A DNA stretch of 64,000 nucleotides from Rebecca billardiae RCC1528 (lineage: Eukaryota; Protista; Haptophyta), in NCBI GenBank assembly GCA_965240325.2, contig OZ251223.1, positions 2,170,001 through 2,234,000 on the forward strand, in the 5' to 3' direction. Both the position numbers and the translations under genes were made by a program. The notes beneath the pieces are model-generated. The model did no database searches. It was not told the origin of the DNA and worked only from the letters and a program-made list of their open reading frames with translations. Each line of letters starts with the position of its first letter. Positions within the stretch are counted from its first letter, which is position 1. Of the stretch, positions 31,525 through 43,731 are shown one piece after another.

Positions 31525-34500
31525 TTAGGCATCGTCAGTGTCAGCCTCGAAATTCGTCCGCTTGTCGAAGTGCACGGCGGCGGCGTCGTACGCGTGCGCG
31601 GCCTCGTCCTCGGTCTCAAAGCAGCCGAGATGCACCGTGCGCCCGTCCACGTAGATCTTGGCCCGCCACGGCCGCGCCGTCGTGCTGAGCCTGCCACTCC
31701 ACGTGACGCCGAGGTATTCGGACGTCGTGTACAGCCGGCGGTCGTCGTCCTGGGCCGCTGCCACCGCGCGCTTGGCGGAGGGCTCGCGCCGCCCACTGCG
31801 GGACGCGGGCGCTGTGTGGAGCTGCGCGCCGGGCGCGGGGCGCGCGGCGTCGGACTGCGCGGGGCAGCCTAGAGGCGCGAGCGACGTCGCGTCGTCGTAG
31901 GGCATCAGCACCGCCGACACAGCGTCGTAGCCCTCAAGGTCGCCGGCACGCATCAGCTCGTCGGCGTGCTGCCGCTGGACTGAGCGCATCGCGCTCACGA
32001 GCTCGGCCAGATGGCCGCCGCCGCCATCGGCGCCGGCGTGCGCGCTGCCGCCGCCGATCCGAGGCGCCTTGCGCGAGCGGCCGAGGCTGTCGAGCCGTCG
32101 CTCGGCGGCGCACGGCTCGCCCTCCTCGCCCTGGCAGAAGTGGCTGCCGTCGAGGTACGAGAAGGAGCCGTACCGGTACAGCTGCGCGCCGCGCGCGTCG
32201 GACGCAGCAGCCAGCCGGTCGGCGGCGAGGAGCGCGGGCGTCAGCGCGCCGCTCCGCGCGCGGGGAGGGCGCGTGCGCGGCGGCGCTCGCACGGGCTCGG
32301 CACGCCGCGCGCTCCCGACTCCGCGCGCGCCCCGCCTGGCGCGCGCCCTGCCCGCGCAGCCAGCAGCGCGCGCGCGCAGGCCGCAGGCAGCGCACCAGCT
32401 CCTCGCCGTGCGCAATGTCGCGGCTGGCGGTGAAGCTGACGAGCACCTCGCCGCACCACTCGAGGGCCACGCGGTGGAGGTTGGCCTCGGACTCGGAGTT
32501 GGCGTGGTTGATGAAGCGCGTGGCGGAGCCGCCGACCGCCGCGTCGACGCACATCTCGTCCGTGAAGTCGAACAGGTAGCACGGGTTCACACCGCGCGCG
32601 CCCGGCGCCGCGCGCCGCGCAGACTCGCCGAGCGACTCGGCGCGCGTGCGCACCGTGCCGCCATACACACCTACCAGCTCGCCGCGCCGGATGGCGACGG
32701 GCGCGTGCGGCGGCGCGGCGGGAGCATTGGGCGTTGCGCGCGATGGCCCGGCGCCGCGGACGGCGTCGGCGCCCTCGGCCGACGCCGGCGGCGCGGGTGG
32801 CGGCCCCGTCTCAGCCTCCGCTCGGAGCGCCCCCGGCGCGGGCTGAGTGCCAGCGCTGCAGCGCTGCGCGTGCGCCTGCTCAGCGCCGAGCCAGCACGGC
32901 GCGAGCAGCTCCGACCCGGCCGGGCCGAACCGGCGCATCCGCCCGCTGTACGGGCGCACACTCGGGCTCCCCACCGCGTGCCACTCGTCGAAGCTGCGCG
33001 TCGCGGGACAGGGCACGGCAGCGGGCGGAGGGCGGGCCGTGAGGGATGGAGGGGCGCGGCTGCCAGCGCGCGACGCCTGCGCGGGCCACGCGCGCCCGCG
33101 CTTGCGCCGCCGGCGCGGACGCGGGCGCGCAGCAGCGCACGCACAAGGAGTCCCAGCCCTCGAAGTGCACCAAGACGCGCGAGGCGTCGAGAGCGGCCAC
33201 CCGCGCCACGTACCACATGCCCACGCAGTCGCGGCACTCCACCCGCTCCCCCAGCCAGTGCGCGCTCGTGAGCGGGGCGAGCGGCAGCGGCGGAGTGCGC
33301 TGCGGCCGGCGCGCGGCATCGAGCGCCCTCGGCGCGGCTGGGGCGCCGCCGCCCCCTGCCGCGCCTCCCGCCGTCCCGGCTGCTCGGATCGTGCCCAGCC
33401 CAAGCTGGTGCCACTCCTCCGTCTCCTCCTCCCCCTCCTCCTCCTCCGATCCGGACGAGATCTCGATCTCGATCTCCTCCTGCTCCGCCGCGGCGGGTGC
33501 GGAGGGCGCGCGCTCGTATCGCACGACCACCCGCTCGCACACGCCGTGCGCGACCACGACGGCCGGCCGCCACTCGCCGCTCTCGGAGTGCAGCGCGCAG
33601 ACGCGCGCGCCGCGCGCGAGCTCGGCAGGGCGGGGCGCCGCAAGCTCGCCGGCGCTCGCGCTGGCAGCAGCCGCCGGCCGCACCATCGGCGCGCTGGTGC
33701 CGCTGCCAGGCTGCAGCTGGTGCTGCCTCGAGCGCCGCCGGCGCGGCGCGCTGTCCGGGGCCTTCGACTGCGCCTTCGGCTGCGCCTTCGGCTGCGCCTT
33801 CGGCTGCGCCTTCGGCTGCGCCTTCGGCTGCGCCTTCGGCTGCGCCTTCGGCTGCGCCTTCGGCTGCGCCTTCGGCTGCGCCTTCGGCTGCGCCTTCGGC
33901 TGCGCCTTCGGCTGCGCCGCCTCGTGCGGCTCAGGCGCCACTGCGGCCGCGGTCGCAGCCGGCGCCGCGGGCGCGGTGCGCACGCCCTGCGCCACGGCGG
34001 CCTCGCGCCGCCGCCGCTCCTCCGCCTCGCGCCACCACTTGGCGTGCCGCTCAGGGCCCAGCGGACCGTACCGCTGCCGCCTGTGGCTGTAGGGCCGGAC
34101 AGTCGGGCCGCGCACCGCGTGCCAGTCGTCGACGCTGCGGCCGCGGCGGCGCAGAGTGCGCGGCGCAGCCGATCGCGCGGGGCCGGCGCGCGCCACGGCG
34201 TGAGAGGCCGCGCGCGAGCGCCGGCCGGAGAGGCGGAGGTGACTCGGCGTGCGTCGCGCGCCGCGCACGCGCGCGCGCGGCGCCGCGCGCGCGGGGCCGC
34301 GCGCGCGGCCCACCTCGAGTCCCAGCCCTCGTAGTGCACCATGATGCGCGACGCGTCGAGCGCGGCCACGCGCGCCACGTACCACACGCCCACGCAGTCG
34401 CGGCACTCCACACGCTCGCCCAGCCAGTGCGCGCTCGTGAGCGGCGGCGCGGGCTGCGTCCAGCGCGGCGCGTCGCGCTCCGGCCCAGCTGGGCCAAACA

Positions 34501-36584
34501 AGTGCGGCGCCAACGGGCACGCGGCCCGCGGCGCATCGAGCGCGCGGATCGTGCCCGCCGCAGGCTGGTGCCACCCGTCAAAGTCGTCGCCGAACCCCTC
34601 GTAGTGCACGACGACGCGCCCGCCGAGCCCGTGCGCCGCGACCCGCGCGACGTACCAGTCGCCCAACTCGTCGAGGGCGAGCACGCGACGGCCGCGCGGC
34701 AGCTCGGCCGCGCTGCGCACGGGGCGCCCGCCGTGCGCCGCCGGGGGGTCGGGCTCGCCGAGCGCGGCGCCGACGCCGTGTGCGGCGCACGCAAACACGC
34801 CGAGCATCCCGACGGTGCGCACGGTGCCCGGCCCGAGGAACACCCGCTTGCTCAGCGGCCGCACGCGCAGCGCGGGCTGCTGCTGCTGCGCGGACGCGCC
34901 GCTCCCCCGGCCGAGCTGCCTGCGCAGGGCGGCGCACAGCCCCGCGGGCGTGGCGCGGAGTGGGCCACGCGCACGGAGGAGCACGTCAGCATAGCCACCG
35001 CCGGCGAGACTCGCACATGCGCCAGGCACACGAGCCCAAATCGTGCACACCCTCGCGCGCGCGCGCGCGCGCGCATGCGCGCGCTCGCGCGCACCAGAGG
35101 ACGCCTAGGGTCGCTCCGAGAGGGCGCTGCTGCAGCTGCGCCGCATGGCCGTCCTCCAGCCGGCACTGCTGCTTCACCGCGGCGCTCGGGTAGCGGAGCG
35201 CGCCGTGCGCCGGGTGCGCGCACGCCAGCAGCTCGCGCTCGGACAGCCACGCGACGAGCCCATTGTCAAAGTGCACGCGCGCCCACACCTCCGCGGCTGG
35301 GCTGGCGCCGCGCAGCGCGTGCCGTGCGCGCGGCGGCGGCGCGCGCAGCGCGACGGCGTGCACGATGCCACGCATCGCGGTGCGCCCGCGCTGCGCGGTC
35401 GCCACGTACGACGTCTGCGCGGCGGGCGAGGCCGGCGTGCAGCCGTTCCCGCCGCCGCCGCCGCCGCCGCCGACGGCCGCGAGCGCGCCGCCGAGTGCGA
35501 CAGCCGAGTACTTGCGCGCGTCGGCCGCGTGCGCCTCTGCCATCGCGCCGATCGCCGCGCGCACCGAGGGCATGGAGCGCGAGGCCTGCGTGCACGGGCG
35601 GACGGCGACGAGCACACAGAGCTGCACGTACGCCGTCGGGTCCGCCGCCGCTCCGCGGCGCAAGCAGCGGGCGGCGCCGAAGAGCTCGGGAGCGGCGCAG
35701 CACACACACAGACCGCACGGCGCGTGCGCGCGCGTCTGCGCGTCCAGCAGGGCGAGCTGCTCGGCGGGCAGCACCGCCTGCGCCGGCGTGAGGTAAGGGC
35801 ACCGCCCGGCGGGCGTGCACGCCGGGCACACCGCCGGGAGCCCGAGCGCTCCTGCGCCCGACGGCGCACTGTGTGTGTGGCACTGCGCGCCCGTGGCCGC
35901 GCCCTCTGCTCGCGACGCGGCGGCCGCACGAGCAGCGACGGCGCGCGCCTCAGCGGCGTGAGCAGCGGCGCAGGTCGCGTGCATGTACGCGCCGCACTCC
36001 TCGCAGCACGCCAGCCCGGCGTGCGGCGCGCGCCCGGGGGCGCCCGCCGCCTCGTCGCTGGGCCGGCCGGCGACGGCGTCGGCCGCACGCTCATCGCAAA
36101 GTGCCGCGTCCAGCGGCGCGAGCGCCGAGTCGCAGTCGCCGTCGTCGCTTTCGCTGCTTGGCTCGGCGTCGGAGGCCGTTGGCGCGCTCGATGGGTCGAC
36201 CGCGCCGCGCGGCACGGGCCAGTACCTGTGCGAGTGCCGAAAGTGCACGCCGCACGCACAGCGGAAGGTGTACGCTGCGCGTGAGGCCGAACACCGCGCG
36301 CGCGCGCCCGAGCCCGCCGCATGCGCCACGCCCGGCTCGGGCTGCTTCTCGCCAGGGTCTGCACGATCTCGAAGCGTTGGTGGCTCGCACCGTGGGAGGC
36401 TGTCCGCGCCAGGCCTCTCCTCGGCACATGAAGTCGCGTTCGGGCGCACCGCCATGCACCGCTCCGTGCCCCGCTCGGCCGCCGCCGCGGCTGCGGAGTC
36501 GGGGTCACCGCCACGCCAGCGCGGACGCTTGGGCGCGCGACGCGGACGACTCCCGCCGGTCTCGAGAAACGGTGCGCCTTCCAT
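31525..36584 (-). CDS. Multidomain chromatin protein: PHD - split SET with inserted Tudor-like repeats - AP2; introns 34920-35094, 34135-34313, 32994-33144, 32182-32395
   Basis: PHD: FRCACG...CCEECGAYMHATC...CPAC. Tudor-like: GERVECRD..G.WY.ARV...VH(Y/F)EGWD..DEW. SET: IRRGELVGVYGG, YLFD, TRFINH, RDIAHGEEL|LYRY. AP2: SEYLGVTW...WRAKI..G..VHLGCFETEDEAAHAYD.AA. Confidence 0.85.
33760..33918. repeat. 12-bp coding minisatellite encoding (AQPK)n, about 13 units
   Basis: (GCCTTCGGCTGC)n seen directly, inside an exon of the SET gene. Confidence 0.93.
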
Positions 36585-36809
36585 CTCCGCCGTGTGGGTG
36601 AGAGTGAGCCGGTCGCTCGCGACGACACCGACCCGACCGGTGGGCAGGCAGCGAGCGACGAACGAGGAGCGGAGTGGCTCAGGTGCAGTCCGGTTATTTC
36701 GTCGCCCTCCCGGCCGGACGCTTGTGAGCACCGTCGTTGGCCGCTGAGCCGCAGCCTTGGTTCCGTGGAGGCGCGTCCCGGCGGCCATTGATTCCCCTGG
36801 TGCGCAGCA

Positions 36810-37799
36810 ATGGTTGCCGCCATGCCGCTCTCGTTGGCGGTGCCTGCGGCCGGCTTCGGCTACTTCTTTGCGCACGTGATGGGCGTCATCGCCTCCGACT
36901 TCCGCCGCATCTTCCTGGGCCGCTACGGGCGGCGCCACCGGCTCACGGGTATCGCGTACCTGATGTGGCTGCTGCTCGGGTACGCGGATCTCTTCGTGCT
37001 TGGCGGCGTGATGCCGCGGCTGACGTACAACGTCGTCTTCTCCGTCCTGGGCATCCTCTTGACGCTCAGCGCGGCTTTCGACTTTCGCCACCACCATTCG
37101 CGCGTGAAGAACGTCGCGAGTGGCACGATGGACGAAGACGCGACGGTCACGTTCGACGAGATGCTGGAGCACGCCTTTTACCATTGGCTGAACCTTTTTC
37201 AGATCGTCTTTCTGCACCTGGTTACCGCGCCCCCGCCTGGCATGCCGTTGTTGAGCCGGCGTGCCCGCATCGCGCTCGTGGTCGCCGCGACATCGCCGTG
37301 GCTCGTGCGAAGCTGGTTTCCCGTGAACCCGTTCTCTGCCAACTACGACAAGCAGCGCACGGGCAGGGATCCGCTCACGCTCATCGCGGTACTGTACCGG
37401 CTGAAGAAGTACCAGTACATGGTCTACAAGCACTTCCTCTTGCATGGGCTCAACCTCACCGTCGCGTTCCGCGCGCCGCCGGTCGAGCCAGGTGCACCCG
37501 GCCTCGCTGAGCAGCCGAGCTTTCAGCTGTACTGGCTTGCACTCAACACAGCGTACGTGATGGAGTTCTTCCTGCAGACGCTAGTGAAGCGGCGCTTCAT
37601 GCGCCAGAGCACCATGCTAGCGCTCAACCAGCTTCTCATGGCCGTCAGCACGCTCGTCGCCGTGCAGGTCCTTCTTGCCGTCGACCTGCGCGTCGCAGCC
37701 GCGAGCCTGGCGCTCAACATGGTTCATCGGAGCCGGCCGTGGGGCGAGATGCTCAACTTCGGGATGATGATGGCGCTGAGTGCAGCGGTGATTGCGTAG
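36810..37799 (+). CDS. Multi-pass membrane protein of unknown function
   Basis: 329-aa ORF with several TM segments and conserved-looking motifs (EMLEHAFY, FPVNPFSANY, YKHFLLHGLN, YVMEFFLQTLVKR). Confidence 0.8.
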   Translation: MVAAMPLSLAVPAAGFGYFFAHVMGVIASDFRRIFLGRYGRRHRLTGIAYLMWLLLGYADLFVLGGVMPRLTYNVVFSVLGILLTLSAAFDFRHHHSRVKNVASGTMDEDATVTFDEMLEHAFYHWLNLFQIVFLHLVTAPPPGMPLLSRRARIALVVAATSPWLVRSWFPVNPFSANYDKQRTGRDPLTLIAVLYRLKKYQYMVYKHFLLHGLNLTVAFRAPPVEPGAPGLAEQPSFQLYWLALNTAYVMEFFLQTLVKRRFMRQSTMLALNQLLMAVSTLVAVQVLLAVDLRVAAASLALNMVHRSRPWGEMLNFGMMMALSAAVIA

Positions 37800-38920
37800 G
37801 GTCCTCGCTTATTCGACTATATCGGCGGACGATGGTCTTTAAATTTTATTTGACCGCGTTCACCCGCGGCCCTTTTTCCTTTTATGCGGGCCCGGAGGGC
37901 CGCCCCGTTATACCACACCCGGGCGAATCACGATGGCGGCGCATATTGGTCTCGAACCCGAAGTCTGTCCCGACGAATCATAAAGTCCGAAACTCGGCCT
38001 CGTTCATACTGTCCTCGGACTATATCAACTGATGACAAAAATCTGCTCGCGCATTTCCGCGATGCACGCTCGCGAGTATAGTTCTTTCCAGGAGTTCACT
38101 CCGCGAGGTTTCAAGAGAAGCGAGCCAAGCCGCAAGCTGCGAGGGATTGCGGGCACGAACGCAAATTGACGTTCACGGTTCAGGCTGCTACGACGATTAA
38201 TATAATGAACCGCGCGCGCGGTTACCGCACGTTATTACGTTATTCTTATTTATTATCAACAGTCAAGTATCGTAATTCGTATCATCGCGCGGGATGAATG
38301 ACGCGATGCACTACTGTTATGTAACAATAAATATGTATCAGCGTCAAGCCGTCATTACTACTCGAAATTAGTTCTGAGTTCATCGAAGCTGGGGGCTGGA
38401 TAGGGTCGTCAGGGTAGGGCTGGATTTGAAAGCTTCGGCCCGTCGTCTGCTTCGGCCGCCAGTCTGATCTCACCCGGAGCCCATATTTCAACAAGCAGGG
38501 GAAATTATTAGAGGCGCGCATCATAAAGCGGGCCGGCGGGATCTATCATCAATGATAATATGTTTCGTCAATACTGACTCTCTCTCTCTCTATATATATA
38601 TGTGGGGTTATTGGCACAATAACTGATTGTCTAACAGGACGGTGGGAGCGCAATGCGCCGTATGGTATCAACACCTGCCGCTGCCAATCGGCCCGAGGCA
38701 GGCGGCCGAGCGCAAGTCCGGCTGCTATCTTGGCCACCCTCTTCTCGTGCCACGAGGGTCTTTCGAGCCTGCTCTGTGCGCGCGCACAACGGCCCAGAAC
38801 TAACTAACTCGTTGTGCTGCTCCTGAGCTTTGAGCGGGTTGGCATGGTGATGGTGGCTCTGGACAGCCAATTGGTGGCCTGGATTCTTTCATCTGGCGCC
38901 GAGCCGACCGACGCGGCCCT

Positions 38921-40106
38921 GTGTCTCTCTCGCTCACGCAGCGGACGACGCCCTTCGTTTCGGAAGCGCCCACTGTCCTGATGGCTGCAGCTGTTCTGGG
39001 CCCGCATCTTTCAGGGCGCCCGCCTCTGCACGATGGTGCCTCGTGCCTCGCTCTCGTGCGGCTTGGCGGCTCTCGAGCTGCGTCTTCCAAGCTTCACACC
39101 GCGCGTCTGTCGGCGTCGAGCGGCCAGTCCTGCCGCGCGCTCGGCCTGCGCGGCTGCCGCTCGCACTTTGTTTCCGAGGAACAAAAATCCCTTATTCAAT
39201 GTATAGAGTCTGGTATCTCGCAGCGTGGCTCCGCCCTGCCCGGCGTGTGCCTCGCCTCCTCGCTGCATCTGGATGGCGCAGGCGCTTCGAGGACGGCTAG
39301 ACATATTATAATTAATAACATACGTATATATATATCCGACGATTCCCGCCTGATGCGCGCGGGTCGTTTATTGTACATACGTACCATCGCGACACTCCGA
39401 ACTCTCTAGCGCTAGCTAGACACACTACGACTGCGCCCTTGGCGGCGCGTTCATCACCCGGCAGAGGCGCACCTCAATCGGCTTCGCGGGGTCGAACCCC
39501 TCACGGCCGCGCGTGTCTCTCTCGCTCACGCAGCGGACGACGCCCTTCGTTTCGGAAGCGCCCACTGTCCTGATGGCTGCAGCTGTTCTGGGACCGCATC
39601 TTTCAGGGCGCCCGCCTCTGCACGATGGTGCCTCGTGCCTCGCTCTCGTGCGGCTTGGCGGCTCTCGAGCTGCGTCTTCCAAGCTTCACACCGCGCGTCT
39701 GTCGGCGTCGAGCGGCCAGTCCTGCCGCGCGCTCGGCCTGCGCGGCTGCCGCTCGCACTTTGTTTCCGAGGAACAAAAATCCCTTATTCAATGTATAGAG
39801 TCTGGTATCTCGCAGCGTGGCTCCGCCCTGCCCGGCGTGTGCCTCGCCTCCTCGCTGCATCTGGATGGCGCAGGCGCTTCGAGGACGGCTAGACATATTA
39901 TAATTAATAACATACGTATATATATATATCCGACGATTCCCGCCTGATGCGCGCGGGTCGTTTATTGTACATACGTACCATCGCGACACTCCGAACTCTC
40001 TAGCGCTAGCTAGACACACTACGACTGCGCCCTTGGCGGCGCGTTCATCACCCGGCAGAGGCGCACCTCAATCGGCTTCGCGGGGTCGAACCCCTCACGG
40101 CCGCGC
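38921..40106. repeat. Tandem duplication of about 593 bp (38921-39512, 39513-40106) including the 3' end of the Rae1-like gene
   Basis: Near-identical copies; by eye they differ by one substitution (ggccc/ggacc) and the (AT)n length. Confidence 0.93.
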
Positions 40107-42321
40107 GTCCAGTCGTAGCAAATCGCCTCGGCGACGGTCCGGCCTTCGCCGTCGAACGCGGCGCACGAGACAGACTGGCTCGCCGGCGGCAACTGCTGCA
40201 GCTTCTTGCGCTGGTGGATGTCCCACAGCAGCGCGTTCCCGTCGCCGCCCGCGCTGAGCAGCGCGCCCGTGCGCGGCGAGAAGGTGAGCGTGTTGAGTGC
40301 GAACACCTTCTCGCCCACCCAATGGCACTTGAACGTGAACTTGTCCACGGCGCCCGAGGCGGCGCCGCTCGCGGTGGGCTGCACCGCCACGCGCCCTTCG
40401 TACGTGCCCACGCAGAACGCCGCGGGCTCCGCGCTCGTCGCCGCCGCGCCGAACGAGGCGCGCGGCGCGAGCGCGACGCAGCGCGGCGCGTACTTGAGCC
40501 GATCGACCTGCGCGACGGTCAGCGGCTCGGTCGGCTTCCGAAGGTCGTACATGAAGATCGAGCCGACGATGGCGGTGCCGACGGCGGCGAGGGGGAAGCG
40601 CACGTCCGCGCACGTGACGCGCGACGCGGCCGAGACGGTGCTCACCGGCTTGCCCGCGCCCGCGCGCAGGTCCCAGCCGTGCAGTGCCCTGTCCCAGCCC
40701 GAGCTGAGCACGAGCGACGGCGCGGCCGCGTCGACATGGAGCGTCTTCACCGCGTCTGCATGCGCGCCCACGGCCGTCGGCGTGGCGACGGCGGCGGCGG
40801 AGGCGCCGTCCGCGACGTGGTGCAGCGTGATCTGATTGTCCAGGCCGGCGCGCAGCAGCGCCGGGCTCGACGCGTCGGGCGTCCACGCGCAGCACAGCGC
40901 GGGTGCCGGCGCGGCATGCAGGCTCACCAGTCGCACGCCCGCCTGCGCTGCGCTGCTCGCGGCCGCCGCGTCCAGTGGCACGGACCACACGCGCGTGGTG
41001 CCATCCCAGCTGGTAGCTGCGAGGAGGTCGACGGTCGCGGGGCTGCCCGCGCCGTCTGCGCCGGCGCGGGCGTACGAGGCGAACGCGAGCGAGGAGACGC
41101 CGTCCTCGGGCGGGTGCGGCAGCACGAGAGCGTCCGCACTGGCAGCGGTGCCTGCGGCGGCGGCACCGCCGTCGGCCGCCCTCGGCGCTGATGTGGCGGT
41201 AGCGGCGGCACCGGCCGAGCCGAAGAAGCTCGGAGCGCCACTCGCCGCGGACGTGGCCCCAGTCGATGACGTCGTCAGGCTGGGCGCCGCGGGCTGCGAG
41301 CCACCCAGCGCGCCGAACGCGCCGCCGCCGCCACCGCCACCAAAGAGACTGCTGCCAGCCAAGCCGCCGCCACCGCCGCTACCGCCGAGCGATGCACCCG
41401 GCCCGGCAGTGCCGCCGCCGAAGAGCGAGGGTTTCTGCCCTCCAGCCGAGGCACCGTTTGCCGCCGCGGCCCCAAAGGCGCCCCCGAAGGGCAGGCCCGT
41501 ACCCGGTGCCCCCGATGCCGCCGACGTGCCGAGACCGGCCCCGAACGCCGGCGCGGCTGGCGGTGCCGCCGCCGTTGCCGACGCCCCAGCACACGCGCCG
41601 CTGCCAAAGCCGAGGCCGCCCCCCGCTGGCGCACCGCCGCTGCTCGCGCCGCCACCAAAGGCGCAAGCGCCACCCGTCGCCGCGGCGCTGCCGAACGGCC
41701 CAGGCGCGGTGGCGCCGCCGCCAGCCCCCAGGCCCCCAAATGGCCCGGCGCAAGCCTGCACGCCGCCGCCGCCGCTCGCTCCAACCTGTTGCAGCGCAGC
41801 GATCACTCCGGCGTGGCCCTTCTCCTGCGCGAGCACCAGCGCCGTCTTCCCCTTCTGCGCGTCGCGCGGAGGGACGCGCAGCGCGGGGAGGCGCAAGCAG
41901 AGCGCGTCGTCAGTGAATCTCGCGAGCAGCGGCGGCGGTGGCGCACCGCAGTAGTGATTGCGCGGCCCGTGGGCGAGGCGCGTACACGCGTGACAATGTC
42001 GTGCTTGGCACCTCCGGCCAGCAGCGCCTGCACGACGTCGAGGTGGCCCTTTTGCGCGGCGTAGATGAGCGGCGTGGCGTTCACGCCGTTGACTGCATTC
42101 ACGTCCGCGTTCGCGCGCAGCAGCACCTGGACGCACGGCACGGACCCCGCCTTGGCCGCGGCGTGCAGCGCCGTCTGGTTGGACTTCTGGTCCAGGTATC
42201 GCAGGTCGGCGCCCTCGCTGATGGCCTTTGCCACGGCCTCGGCATTCCCGCCGTCGGCGGCGGCGACAAGCGAGGCGTTCGCCGCCTGGTTGAGCAGGTT
42301 CTGCGTGTTCGCGGTGAACAT
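40019..42321 (-). CDS. Ankyrin repeats + FG-repeat linker + Rae1/Gle2-like WD40 propeller; intron 41855-41985
   Basis: Ankyrin motifs TALHAAA, TPLIYAA and TALVLA; 11 FG dipeptides. WD40 with PPEDGVSSLAF, SWD, GWD, LKYAPRCV, GTYEGRVAV, FTFKCH and YDWTRG, typical of Rae1. Confidence 0.85.
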
Positions 42322-42417
42322 CGCGTCCGATACGCGAGGCCGGGCGGCGATGGCGGCGCTCGTCGAGTCTGACTAAACATCAGACTGATGCTGACTTTCA
42401 TCGAGTCTGCGACTGAC

Positions 42418-43731
42418 TCAGGCCCTTTCTCTCGAACGCCAGGCAATCCTGAAACCAAAACCTGAACCCAAAAGTGGTTTTTGGGACTCTGCGGCCTTTC
42501 TCTCGACGCCTGTGCAAGCTGGAAATCACAAAAGCCGAGATTGTCCGAGCAACCAATCAGCAACTTCGGCAGGCTTGCATCATACTGCGATGAGTGGGTG
42601 CGGCAATGCCGCCAACGGCGCGTGCCCTCCGAGGGTCGGAGTGCGGTGGCGGCGCGGGGCTCCAGGCATGGCAGAGTCGCTGTGCACCCCTCTCTGGGTT
42701 GCGCGCCTTCCTCGTCCTCGCCTTCTCCGCGCCTTGACGCAGCGCGCGCGCACGCGCCGCCGTGCACGCGCGGCAGCGCAAGGGATTGCGCGCCGCGCGC
42801 GTGGCGCGCGACGGGTCCGACTCGGGGCTGGAGCCACTGCGGGGGCACGCAAAGCCATCGCAAACGCACGCTACGTCGCCTCGAGCGTGCGTGTCGGTCT
42901 GCTTGCCATGCGCTAAAGGCTCACAGGTCTTTTTGTCACCGCAGGCGCGGGTGACCCTGACGCCGATGCGTCGGGATGATTATGTGGGCAAGACACGATG
43001 CCAGCCACGTACACGGCGCTGCCCAGCAACTACTTTATGGGCACCACTAGAGACGCCCTCACAAGCAGCCTTCGCATCGATCGCGTCTGCGCACTCAAGT
43101 TTCGTTGTTCAAGCTTCTCGCGCACGCCGCACGTGAGTGATGCTGCCAGATCACGGAACAGTTTGGAATGTGCATCAGCATAGCGCGCGCTGATGTTCAG
43201 GCCCACAGGCTCGAGACGACGCAGCGTGCGTTTGCGTGCCCCCGCAGTGGCTCCAGCCCCGAGTCGGACCCGTCGCGTGCCACGCGCGCGGCGCGCAATC
43301 CCTTGCGCTGCCGTGCGTGCACTCGGCGGCGCGTGCGCGCGCGCTGCGTCAAGGCGCGGAGAAGGCGAGGAGGAGGAAGGCGCGCAACACAGAGAGGGCT
43401 GCAAAGCGACTCTGCTACGGCTCGAGCCCCGCGCCACCACCGCAGTCCGACCCGACAACCGCCGGAGGCACGGCGAGAGCGCCCCTGCAGCCGCGCACAG
43501 CGGCGGCTGGGTGGCGAGGTGGCAGGTCGAACGGTCGATCTTGGGCAGGAGATTTTTTGGTTCGGAAAACGAACTGAAAACTGGAGCTCTTCCAGACCCG
43601 GCTCGTTTTTCAGTTCGTGTTCCGAACCAAAAAATCTCCGTTTCGGCACATGTGGAGATACAAGCCGAAACCCACTTTTTGGTTTCAGTTTTGGTTTCAG
43701 GATTGCCTGGCGTTCGAGAGAAAGGGCCTGA
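42418..43731. mobile_element. Foldback-like/TIR non-autonomous element
   Basis: About 60-bp terminal inverted repeats (TCAGGCCCTTTCTCTCGAACGCCAGGCAATCCTGAAACCAAAAC...) plus ~250-bp internal inverted repeats (~42640-42886 vs ~43209-43445). No clear TSD. Confidence 0.8.

Noticed and set aside
38628-39303. Possible solo LTR (TGTCTA...TAGACA)
   Set aside because: Only a 6-bp inverted match, no TSD, and no second copy beyond the tandem duplication.
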